Below, piece after piece: positions 1 to 12,600 of a DNA stretch of 64,000 nucleotides (the first letter of the stretch is position 1; every line of letters starts with the position of its first letter). Both the position numbers and the translations under genes were made by a program. Origin of the DNA: Malacoraja senta (Eukaryota); contig CM075988.1 of NCBI GenBank assembly GCA_038087875.1, positions 25,236,001-25,300,000 of the forward strand, given 5' to 3'. The notes under the pieces are model-generated. The model saw only the letters and a program-made list of their open reading frames with translations. It had not been told where the DNA came from and did not search any database.

Positions 1-330
1 AACAAGGGGACATAAGTTTAAGGTGAGAGGAGAAAGTTGTAATAGATTTGATTAGATTTGAAAGTTTTGATTAGAACGGGTGTCAATGTTTATGGGGAGA
101 AAATGGGATTAGGAGGCAGAGATCGGCCATTATTGTATGGCGGAGTGGACTCGATGGGCCAAATGGCCTAATTCTACTTCGATAACTTGTGAACCTGAGG
201 GGCCACCTTTTCACACCGAGGATGGTGGGCATGTGGACCAAGCTGCCAGAGCGGGTAGTTGAGGCAGGCACTGTAACATTGTTTAATAGACATTAGGACA
301 GGTACATGGATAGGAAAGCTTTACAGAGAG
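1..330 (+). mobile_element. Decayed CR1 LINE 3' fragments
   Basis: ORF2 C-terminal-like sequence (TRGHKFKVRGE) plus the 3'UTR motif 'tatggggagaa...gggccaaatggcctaattct' shared with other CR1 copies; bounds approximate. Confidence 0.75.
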
Positions 331-556
331 AGAATGTAGAAACAAGGAACTGCAGATGCTGGTTTACCAAGAAAAGACACAAAATGCTGGAGTAATTTAA
401 ATGGCAAATCATTAATTTAGGTTCAAATGTGAACTAGAAATCCAAGTTGTTATGAATAGAATTGAGAAGTGAATGATAACGAGCCAGAGGAATATTAAAT
501 TTTGTCCTGTAATACTAGGAAAGATGACAAACATTTATAAAACAGAGATTTAATAC

Positions 557-680
557 CTGTAGTATACAACATAGACACATCCGGATTTCATATTATTTGG
601 CTTGCTCCAGGTTAAAGAAATTGCTCCGTTAAAATCAGCTGACCAATGAAGATAACGTACTTTGTACACTGTTTTGTCAT
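557..680 (-). CDS. SORL1: SORL1 exon 34 (first half of FN3 domain 1)
   Basis: [41 protein letters not shown](R); 124 bp. Confidence 0.94.
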
Positions 681-3600
681 CTTAAAAAGAAAAAAAAGTT
701 CATATTGTTGTGCACACAAACAGAATTTATTTTAGTGACTGAAACTTCTTGATATTTAGGTAAGAAACATCAATACAGTCCTCTTGGAAAAGATAAAGCT
801 CCATTATAGGAGGTAGTAGGAGTCCTATTTCCACTTAAGTTAGGGTTCAAAGCCAGCCATGAAAAGCAATTAACAATGAAATTTGTCTACATCAAGGCAA
901 ATATATTTTTCCTCAGTATTTCTGGGTAAATATAATCATAACGTGGTCATTTATCATCCTGGAGATGACTTTTGATATGTTGGGAAAACAATGGGCATCA
1001 TGGGTCACTCAGAATTTCATCGTTTTTACATGTTTTTATTTCTACATTCCTAAGATTAAAGCTTCTGCTACATGGCATGACATCATGCAGAAACTGAGAT
1101 ATTTATAATGCCCAATTATTTTTTAAAAATCAGTAATCTATGCTTCTTTCAAAAAGTTATACTAACCTATACATCAACACATAAATCAAGAAAAATGCTT
1201 TTGTAGATTTAATTTTCATAATCCCAATGACTTCACCACAACCCAAAGTTGCTACATCTTAAGACTCGCTCTTCAGTTCCTTGCTCAAATACTGTCAATT
1301 ACTTCAGGCAAGGTGCTGTTTCACAACCTCTTCATATTTACATGGGTTTACTTACTTGAGCAGTTCTTCTCGTCACTGTTATCAGAGCAGTCCAGAAACC
1401 CATCACACCGTTCAAATTGGCCTACACACTTCTCCCCATCGTCACATACAGTTCCATTCGAGCAGAGTAATGGAGGATGTGTAGCTGAAAATTAAACCAT
1501 TCCAATAAGTTGCAAGATATTTAAAGAAGCAAAAGTTAATCAAAATAAAGCAAATGCTCATCAGGTCAAACTGATTATTAAAAATAAAGCAAATCAGTTT
1601 CAAGTATAATCCTTCAGCATACTGCAGATACTGATTGGCTGGATATGGTCTGGTTATTTCTGAAAAATCGTGATTGGAAACCTTCTCATCTCTATGAGAA
1701 CAATAAACAAGAAGTGCTTCAACATTTAAAAAACGTCATGTTCTTAGCGTTGCTATATTCTATTTTCCCCAGCATAGGTTTCATAGCAAAGAGAACCAGC
1801 AACCAATTTACTCCCATATCACAATACAACGGCCTTAGATTGCAGCCAACGTTCAATATTATCACTCACCAGGTTTTCTTTTGTTCTACCCCCTTTTTCA
1901 TTTGATTCACGCCAAATACTACCAGTTGATGGTACATTAAATACATGGATACAATAACACCTGTAGGAGATACTAAAGCCAAACCACTATGATAATAGGG
2001 GAGAACTGGTAATGGAGAAGAGATTACAATTGGTTACAGAAATTGGCTTGAAGCACAATACCTAAGCCAATCCCTACTTCTGGAATGAAATCTTTCAAGA
2101 ATGCACCTACTTTGTTCATTATGAGGTTATGGGGAGAAGGCAGGAGAATGGGGTTAGGAGGGAGAGACAGATCAGCCATGGCTGAATGGCGGAGTAGACT
2201 TGATAGGCCAAATGGCCTAATTCTGCTCCTATTCCTTATGACATTATAACTAACTCAATAATTTGGTTGCAAAGTGGATGAACACAAGTACTCACGGCAG
2301 TGGAGTTCATCTGATCCATCACGGCAATCTTGGTGACCATCGCACTGCTTCCAGTTGGGAATGCAGTTACGGCCTCGAGCACAAGAAAACTCTGAGATGC
2401 TGCATCTTCCAGCAGGCCGTGTTGTAGTGGTGGGAACAGTTGTTCTGTTTACTGCCAATGTAAAATGCAATCATGAGATCCCAAAGCTTCTCATGCTATT
2501 AGACAAAACCCAGACTGGTGAGTGGTTAATTCAGTACTCAGTGGATTCAAGTAATTTTCATGAATCAATTCTGATTACACTAACAAAAAGTTAACACAAG
2601 AAGAATATCACACATAATACACATCATATTATTGAGGGTAGTGATAATGAGCATTGAAAAATGAAGTTTCCCTTTCAGGCAAAATATCAAATCATTCAAC
2701 CCCTTGGTAGGTAGGATAGGTTCATCAAATATAATAGGCATGCACTAGCTCGGTCAGTAAGATGAAACACAATGTTTGCAGAGAAACATTCTAGGTTTTA
2801 TGCAACATCCAGTGATATTGGTTTTATGCAACACCCCGCCCAGGATAGTGCTAAAGTAAGGGGATTGCTGGTTGGTGCAGACCAAAGGCCAAAGGGCTTA
2901 TTGTATCCCCAAAACCAAAACTACCAAAATAACTTCTTTTTTTAAATGCAATTAAAAGCATCAAGACACTAACAACTAATTAGTAATGCACCTAGTCTTC
3001 TTCACAGGATCATTAACACCATTTCTATGCCAGTCTCTCAAATGCAACACGAGGTGCAGATGCATCTGGATATTGTCTTTCACAAGTTACCACTAGTCAA
3101 GAGAGGTTTATTGTCATGTGTCCCAGATAGGACAATGAAATTCTTGCTTGCTGCAGCACAACAGAATATTGTAGGCATAAATAGAGAACAGATCAGTGTG
3201 TCTATATAGCATAGACCATATATATACACACGTCTAGGCATAAGCTCAGGGGCGACCGCACCTTTGCGGTTGCAGCCCCTGGACTGTGGAACAGCATCCC
3301 CTTTCCCATCAGAACTGTCCCCTCCATCGACGCTTTTAAGTCAAGACTAAAAACGTATCTATACTCCCAAGCCTTTCCTGACGTCCTCTGAGTGAGGGCT
3401 ACATGTATATATGTATGTAGTTTGTTTTGTTTATGCTATTCATATAACAAATGTAAAGCACTTTGGCCAACAAGAGTTGTTTTTTAAATGTGCTATATAA
3501 ATAAATGTGACTTGACTTGACATAAATAAACAGATAAAGTACAATAGGCTGTTATAGTTCAGAGTTTGTTTGAAGTTGTGTTTAATAGTCTGATGGCTGT

Positions 3601-6600
3601 GGGGAAGCAGCTGTTCCTGAACCTGGATGTTGCAGATTTCAGGCTCATAGAAACATAGAAACATAGAAATTAGGTGCAGGAGTAGGCCATTCGGCCCTTC
3701 GAGCCTGCACCGCCATTCAATATGATCATGGCTGATCATCCAACTCAGTATCCCGTACCTGCCTTCTCTCCATACCCTCTGATCCCTTTAGCCACAAGGG
3801 CCACATCTAACTCCCTCTTAAATATAGCCAATGAACTGGCCTCGACTACCCTCTGTGGCAGAGAGTTCCAGAGATTCACCACTCTCTGTGTGAAAAAAGT
3901 TCTTCTCATCTCATCCTGGCGGGGAGATCTGCAAAGGCTACTGGGGAGACTTTAAACTAGAATGGTTGGGGGGAGGGACTCAAATAGAGAATGCTATTAG
4001 ACAGTGTGTGAGGCAGGAGGCAGAGAAGGAAAGCGCTCAGACCCAACATGTAGGGGGGAAAGAAGAAAACAATAATAAACGGAGAATAAGAGGTGGTGGG
4101 GTTCTTAAATGGGTGAGCAGAGAAACAGAGGGGTGTAAAATGCGGGCGGAAGCAATAGGTAGCAAGGTGAAAGGTAAAAGTGGCAGGCAGACAAATCCAG
4201 GGCAAAAATCAAAAAGAGCCACTTTTCAACATAATTGTATAAGGGGTAAGAGCGTTGTAAAAACAAGCCTGAAGGCTTTGTGTCTCAATGCAAGGAGCAT
4301 TCGTAATAAGGTGGATGAGTTGAACGTGCAGATAGCAATTAATGATTATGATATAGTTGGGATCACGGAGACATGGCTCCAAGGTGACCAAGGCTGGGAG
4401 CTGAACATCCAGGGATATTCAATATTCAGGAGGGATAGAGAGAAAGGAAAAGGAGGTGGGGTAGCGTTGCTGGTTAGAGAGGAGATTAACGCAGTGGAAA
4501 GGAAGGACATTAGCTTGGAGGATGTGGAATCGGTATGGGTAGAGCTGCGAAACACTAAGGGGCAGAAAACGCTGGTGGGCGTTGTGTACAGGCCACCTAG
4601 CAGTAGTAGTGAAGTTGGGGATGGCATCAAACAGGAAATTAGAAATGCGTGCAACAAAGGCAAAACAGTTATAATGGGTGACTTCAATCTACATATAGAT
4701 TGGGTGAATCAAATTGGCAGGGGTGCTGAGGAAGAGGATTTCTTGGAATGTATGAGGGATAGTTATCTAAACCAACATGTAGAGGAACCAACGAGAGAGC
4801 AGGCTATTCTAGACTGGGTATTGAGTAATGAGGAAGGGTTAGTTAGCAGACTTGTTGTGCGTGCCCCCTTGGGCAAGAGTGATCATAATATGGTTGAGTT
4901 CTTCATTAGGATGGAGAGTGACATTGTTAATTCAGAAACAACGGTTCTGAACTTAAAGAAAGGTAACTTTGAGGGTATGAGACGTGAATTGGCCAAGATT
5001 GACTGGCAATTAGTTCTAAAAGGGTTGACGGTGGATATGCAATGGAAGGCATTTAAAGACTGCATGGATGAACTACAAAAATTGTTCATCCCAGTTTGGC
5101 AAAAGAATAAATCAAGGAAGGTAGTGCATCCGTGGATAACAAGGGAAATCAGGGATAGTATCAAAACAAAAGATGAAGCGTACAAATTAGCCAGAAAAAG
5201 CAGCATACCAGAGGACTGGGAGAAATTCAGAGACCAGCAGAGGAGGACAAAGGGCTTAATTAGGAAAGGGAAAATAGATTATGAAAGGAAACTGGCAGGG
5301 AACATAAAAACTGACTGCAAAAGTTTTTATAGATATGTGAAGAGAAAGAGATTAGTTAAATCAAATGTAGGTCCCTTGCAGTCAGAAACAGGTGAATTGA
5401 TCATGGGGAACAAGGATATGGCAGACCAATTGAATAACTACTTTGGTTCCGTCTTCACTAAGGAAGACATAAATAATCTGCCGGAAATAGCAGGGGGCCG
5501 CGGGTCAAAGGAGATGGAGGAACTGAGTGAAATCCAGGTTAGTCGGGAAGTGGTGTTGGGTAAATTGAATGGATTAAAGGCCGATAAATCACCAGGGCCA
5601 GATAGGCTGCATCCCAGAGTACTTAAGGAAGTAGCTCCAGAAATAGTGGATGCATTAGTGATAATTTTTCAAAACTCTTTAGATTCTGGAGTAGTTCCTG
5701 AGGATTGGAGGGTAGCAAACGTAACCCCACTTTTTAAGAAGGGAGGGAGAGAGAAAACGGGGAATTACAGACCAGTTAGTCTAACATCGGTAGTGGGGAA
5801 ACTGCTAGAGTCAGTTATTAAAGATGGGATAGCAGCACATTTGGAAAGTGGTGAAATCATTGGACAAAGTCAGCATGGATTTACGAAAGGTAAATCGTGT
5901 CTGACGAATCTTATAGAATTTTTCGTGGATGTAACTAGTCGAGTGGATAGGGGAGAACCAGTGGATGTGTTGTATCTGGACTTTCAGAAGGCTTTCGACA
6001 AGGTACCACATAAGAGATTAGGATACAAACTTAAATCACACGGTATTGGGGGTTCAGTATTGATGTGGATAGAGAACTGGCTGGCAAACAGGAAGCAAAG
6101 AGTAGGAGTAAACGGGTCCTTTTCACAATGGCAGGCAGTGACTAGTGGGGTACCGCAAGGCTCAGTGCTGGGACCCCAGCTATTTACAATTTATATTAAT
6201 GATCTGGACGAGGGAATTGAAAGCAACATCTCCAAGTTTGCGGATGACACTAAGCTGGGGGGCAGTGTTAGCTGTGAGGAGGATGCTAGGAGACTGCAAG
6301 GTGACTTGGATAGGCTGGGTGAGTGGGCAAATGTTTGGCAGATGCAGTATAATGTGGATAAATGTGAGGTTATCCACTTTGGTAGCAAAAACGGGAAGGC
6401 AGACTATTATCTAAATGGTGGCCGATTAGGAAATGGGGAGATGCAGCGAGACCTGGGTGTCATGGTGCACCAGTCATTGAAAGTAGGCATGCAGGTGCAG
6501 CAGGCAGTGAAGAAAGCGAATGGTATGTTGGCCTTCATAGCAAGAGGATTTGAGTATAGGAGCAGCGAGGTTCTACTGCAGTTGTACAGGGTCTTGGTGA

Positions 6601-9600
6601 GACCACACCTGGAGTATTGCGTACAGTTTTGGTCTCCAAATCTGAGGAAGGACATTATAGCCATAGAGGGAGTGCAGAGAAGGTTCACCAGACTGATTCC
6701 TGGGATGTCAGGACTTTCATATGAAGAAAGACTGGATAGACTTGGCTTATACTCGCTAGAATTTAGGAGATTGAGAGGGGATCTTATAGAAACGTACAAG
6801 ATTCTTATGGGGTTGGACAGGCTAGATGCAGGAAGATTGTTCCCGATGTTGGGGAAGTCCAGGACAAGGGGTCACAGCTTAAGGATAAGGGGGAAATCCT
6901 TTAAGACCGAGATGAGGAAAAACTTTTTCACACAGAGAGTGGTGAATCTCTGGAACTCTCTGCCACAGAGGGTAGTTGAGGCCAGTTCATTGGCTATATT
7001 TAAGAGGGAATTAGATGTGGCCCTTGTGGCTAAAGGGATCAGGGGGTATGGAGAGAAGGCAGGTACGGGATACTGAGTTGGATGATCAGCCATGATCGTA
7101 TTGAATGGCGGTGCAGGCTCGAAGGGCCGAATGGCCTACTCCTGCACCTATTTTCTATGTATCTATGTATCTATGTATCTCGGTTTTAAAGGATTTCCCC
7201 CTTATCCTTAAGCTGTGACCCCTTGTCCTGGACTTCCCCAACATCGGGAGCAATCTTCCTGCATCTAGCCTGTCCAACCCCTTAAGAATTTTGTAAGTTT
7301 CTATAAGATCCCCTCTCAATCTCCTAAATTCTAGAGAGTATAAACCAAGTCTATCCAGTCTTTCTTCATAAGACAGTCCTGACATCCCAGGAATCAGTCT
7401 GGTGAACCTTCTCTGCACTCCCTCTATGGCAATAATGTCCTTCCTCAGATTTGGAGACCAAAACTGTACGCAATACTCCAGGTGTGGTCTCACCAAGACC
7501 CTGTACAACTGAAGGCTCCTGTACCTTCTACCCGATGGCAGCAGAGAGATGAGTGCGTGGCCAGGATGGTGTGGGTCCTTGATGATGCTGGCAGCCTTTG
7601 TGAGGCAGCAACTGCGATAGATCCCCTCAATGGTAGGGAGGTGATGGCTTGGGTTATAATGCTGCGTTCAGCAGAATCTGATATGTGAACTGTCCAATGC
7701 ACCAGCATGGTTCAGCAAATATTTTTAACGGTTTTTTAAACAACAGCAGCTGAAAAGCAATATTCTGGAAAATCATAGCCCTTGATGTCGGAAAAGCAAT
7801 TGCCAATAATGGCACCAACTAAAACAAATGTACAAACTTTATTATAAAATACATGCGTGCACATTTATTGGGGAATGGTTCTTGGTGCAATATCTACGCA
7901 TGTGCAAAATTCACAGGCATTAATGTGGCATTAACTCCAAACTTTTTTCAACGAGCCCCAGCTATGGTAAATTTAGGATTTTCTCTGATCAAAATTAGCA
8001 GCGCAATATTTATGAATGGAATACATTTCTACATTACATTTACTGATGGTGGCAGGCACTTTCAACTCCAAGCTAGCACAAGAAAGAGGCACAAAAGGAA
8101 CCCCCAATATCTTTCAACATAAATGATCTCCAATGAAGTGAAGATCTAAGTAATGTTGTGTTGGACAATCTATCACAATTTGCATTTACCTGAAAAAGTT
8201 GGGCAACCTTCCTCGTCAGAACCATCCCGACAGTCTCTGTAAGAGTCACACACCCAATGGTTTACAATGCATCCCCCAGAATTACATCTGAAGTGGTTGG
8301 GGCCACAACTGGAAGGAACTTCAGTAGCATGTGGAACAGGATGCGAACCTAAAACAGACGTAAACACTCAAATTTTTGGGCTTCCGAATAAGAAATGAAT
8401 TTAACAAGTCCTCGATCAACATCATAGATACAAAGAACTAATCGTTGACTTCAGAACGGGAATGCTAGGTGATCACATGCCACTTTTCAATGGTGGGTCA
8501 GCTACAGAGAAAGTTAGCATCTTCAAATTCCTTGGTTTTCATATTGCCTGGCCTGGGCCCAGTGTATAGATGCAACCATGAAAACAACATACCAGTGCTT
8601 TCATTTTCTTAGAAGTTTAAAAAGATTCAGCATGTCACCAAATACTCTAACCACCTTCTACAGATGTAACATAGAATGGGTCCTGCTGGGTACATGGGTG
8701 CTTGGCATGGCAATTCCAAAGCACGGGAACTCAAGAGGCGATAGAGAGTGGTGGACTCAGCCGAGTTCATCATGGGCACAGCCCACCCCACCATTGAAAG
8801 CATCTAGATGAGGTTATGCCTAGAGAAGGCAGCATCTATCATCAAGGATCCCTACTCGGCTAACCTGACCAGCGGATAAACATCTGTAATAATCTCATCT
8901 TTCAGCACTTGGCCCATAGTCTTCCATGCGTATGTGTTTTAAGTGTTTGTCTTAAATGCTGTTAGTTGTCCGGCATAAGGAAGAAGATGGTAATTATCTT
9001 CTACCATCAGTTATGTTACATTTCATCCATAAATTCCATCAATAATAGTTTAAACTTAATTGTGTTTATACCAGGGCAGCCGTCTTCATCAGACCAGTCT
9101 CCACAGTCATTCTCTCCATCGCATTTCCACCATATCGGTACACATTTTCTATTCTGGCAACTGAACTGAAAGTATTTCATGCAAGAAGGTGCTTCGGTGG
9201 GATATCCTGCAAAGATTCAAAAACCATATGAATAACTGATCAGTTATTGTTAGCAACGTGATACCAAATGCAAGAAATAAACCTGATGCACACGGTGTAA
9301 AGTAATTTATTTCATGAGGAGGAGAAATTGCTAGCAATGTATTCCTTGTCTATCCCAAATTGAGAAGTCAGTTAATCCAACCCTATTGGTAGGCGCAAGG
9401 AACTGCAGACACTGGCTTACAAAAAAAGACACAAAGTGCTGAGGTAACTCATCAGGCCAGAAAAGCCAGCTATCTGTGTTCTCCAGAGATGCTAACTGAC
9501 CCTCTAAACCACTCCAGCACTGTCATTTTTACAACTTATTGGTAGTCTGGAGGTGCAGGGCAAGATGTAACAAATTTCCTTTCCCAAAGGACAAAGGCGA

Positions 9601-12600
9601 ACCAGGTCAGTTTTAAAACAAATCTGATATTTTAATGCTTGCTATTATTAGCTTTCTAAATAAAATCCTATTTAATTATCGGTCAAATTCCCCAGTGCTG
9701 TGGCAAGATTCAAAGTCATTTCTCTAGATCATTGGTTCAAAACCCTGACTGTGAGACCAGTAATTAAATGCTACGTTATCATGTCTGTTTTGCAAAAAAA
9801 TAAGAAAAATGTAAAAAAATTGCTTTTGATCAAAGCTAATTATAGATTTTATACTAACAACAACGGCCAGGGTGTAGATAAGACTTTGTATACTTACTAC
9901 AATTTGTTTCATCCGAGTAGTCGCCACAGTCATCCACCCCATCGCACTTCCATTCCATGCTAATGCACACTCCATTCCAGCATTTGAAACTGAAGGGCTC
10001 ACAGGTTCGATTGAACTCCTCTGTCCCGCCTACAAATACAAGCATCAATAGGATTCGATCGTAGATTATTATCAATTCAGATAAATGAATAATTATTATT
10101 TAAACTTTAAAGCAATAAATGCTGGAAGTGGACTAATGGGGCTGTCCCACTGTACGGGCTAATTCAAAAGTTCTCCCGAGTTTCCCCTGATTCGAACGCG
10201 GAGAATTACGGTAATAGCCACTCGTAGGTACTCGGGGCTCTCGTGGACATTTTTCAACATGTTGAAAAATCTTCACGAGTCTTCCCGAGCTTACCGCGTT
10301 TCCCGAGTACCTGCCGTTAGCGTTACGAGCCGCTAAGAGACGTCCCGAGCTCCGACGTACCCGCAACGTACATTCTACGTGCTTACCACGAGCTTGATTT
10401 TTTTTTTTTTAAACTCAGATTTTTTTTTTAGCTCTTGAATTAGCTCGTACAGTGGGACAGCCCCATAAGTATTGTTGCAGATCTCAGGAAGTTTTTTAAA
10501 TAACGTTGGTCGCTTGCACTTTGGTCAAATAAAGAATCCCACCTGAAGCATTAACTAATTAACTTAACTGTAACATAACATCCCAACTTCTATGTGTAGG
10601 AAAGAACTGCAGAGGCTGGTTTAAATCGAAGGTAGACACAAAATGCTGGAGTAACTCAGCGGGACAGGCAGTATCTTTGAAGAGAAGGAATGGGTGACGT
10701 TTCGGGTCAAGACCCTTCTTCAGTCCCAACTTCTATACTCAATACCTTAACTGATGAAGGCCAATGTAAATAAAGCCTTCTTGACCACCCTACCTACTTG
10801 TGATGCCACTCTCAAGGAACTATGTACCTGTCCTCTAGATCCTCAGGGCCCTGCCATTCACTGTGAAGACCCTGCCCTCGTCTGACTTCCCAAAATACAA
10901 CAATTGCCTGCATTAAACTCCATTAACCATTCCACATGCCACTGGCCAAACGGATCAAAATCCTGCTGTAATTGTTGAAAACCATCTTCACTATCTACAA
11001 TACCACCCACTTTCGTCTCCTCTGCAAACTTACTAATCATGCCTTCTAGATTCTCATCCAAATCATTGATATAAACCACAAACAGCAATGGGCCAGCACC
11101 GATCCCTGAGGCACACCACTAGTCACAGGCCTCCAGTCCGGAAAAAACCTTCTACCTTCACCGTTTGCTTATTTGTATGAAGCCAATTCTCTATCCAGTC
11201 AGTTATATCTCCCTGGATCTCAAGCGATCTAACCTTCCAGAGAAGCCTACTATGTAGAATCTTATCAAATTCCTCGTTGATGTCCTTATGAACAACGTCT
11301 GTGGCTTTTCCCCCCATCAAACTTTTTGGCTACTCCTTCAAAAAACTCAACCAGAATTATAAGACACAATCTCCCACGTACAAAACCAAGTTTACTAATC
11401 AACCTGTCTATCCAATTCCATATATATCTATCTCACAGAACTCTCTCCATTAACTTGAAGACTGGAGTAACTCAGCAGGGCAGGCAACATCTCTAGAGAG
11501 AAGGAATAGGAGACGTTTTAGGTCGAGACCCTTCTTCAGAAGAAGTCTGAAGAAGGGTCTCAACCCGAAATGTCACCCATTCCTTCCCTCCAGAGATCCT
11601 GCCTGTCCCACTGAGTTATTCCAGCATTTTGTGTCTATCTTTGGTTGTTCCTTCCTATACCTCTCCATTAACGTTCCGACCACAGATGTTAGGCTCACTG
11701 GTCTATAGTTCCTAGGCTTTTCCTTGCAGCCCTACATTAAAAAAAGGTACAAAATTAGCCACCTTCCAGTCTTTTGGCACCTCATTTGTGTCTAATTATT
11801 TATATATCTCTGCCCGGGAGATTTATCGACCTTTATTTTATGGAGAGCCAAGTTTCCATGCGATGGTCAGTAATTCAGAATCGCCATGTCCACTCTACTC
11901 CAGGGCCTTGTGTTGATGAACTAAACTCACAAATGTTGATCAATCCTGAATAACAGGCCCATCACAGATATTGATAGAAATTTCAAATCTCCCAAGAAGC
12001 CTGCCAGCCAATATGTTGCATGTTTCTAGCTAAACACCAATAGGATCGGGTAGTTCTGGCAAGATAAACATTAAGCTTTCCAATCTAGTAAAGGACACAC
12101 TTCTATCTCAGTCAGCTGCTTTCATTTGACATAAGGAAAAACTAACGAATAAGGTATTGCTTTCTCTGTTTAAAATTTGGATTAGAAACACAACATTGTC
12201 TCTAAGGGAAGAGGATATAATGAATAACAGATAAACTGCTGGTGATTTTTCAGTCTTTATCTAACGGGGAGAGTAAGTGGATTTGTACATGTCATCGCTG
12301 ATGTCAAAACCCCACCAGCTAATTTATTTTTGTATCTTTTTTCTGTTTTCCAGCTATGGATTGGTTTCAACTCCAATAGTTACATTCACTGTTGAACAAC
12401 TGAGTCACATTTGGATTGAACTCGTGATTCAGTATTTTTTTTTCCTGAGAAATGCTGCAAACAGGAGAACAAAAGAACATTTATGTAATCTGAGATTTTC
12501 TATGCATTCTTCAAATTCCTAACACCAGTCGGTATTTTACCAATTATCTTTGTTATTCTGGGACATGCTTGGTTTGAATTTAATGTTTCTCATGCATACA

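Larger units (their letters stand above)
3647..7512 (-). mobile_element. 5'-truncated CR1 (pieces 3647-3912 and 7177-7512) interrupted by a + strand CR1
   Basis: Near-identical reverse complement of 6579-7170; (CTATGTTT)n tail; flanked by AGGCTC at 3641-3646 and 7513-7518. Confidence 0.92.
3095..7645 (-). mobile_element. Rex/Babar-like LINE 3' fragment split by three nested insertions
   Basis: Joining 7645-7519 to 3646-3580 gives [63 protein letters not shown]; related pieces at 19500-19770 and 22490-22640. Confidence 0.8.
10570..11815 (-). mobile_element. Old decayed CR1 RT fragment containing two Penelope-like inserts
   Basis: [28 protein letters not shown]; frameshifted; bounds approximate. 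Confidence 0.82.

Noticed and set aside
4346..7093. Minus-strand ORFs of 60-130 aa overlapping the CR1
   Set aside because: Antisense shadows of ORF2; the same shadows recur in other CR1 copies.
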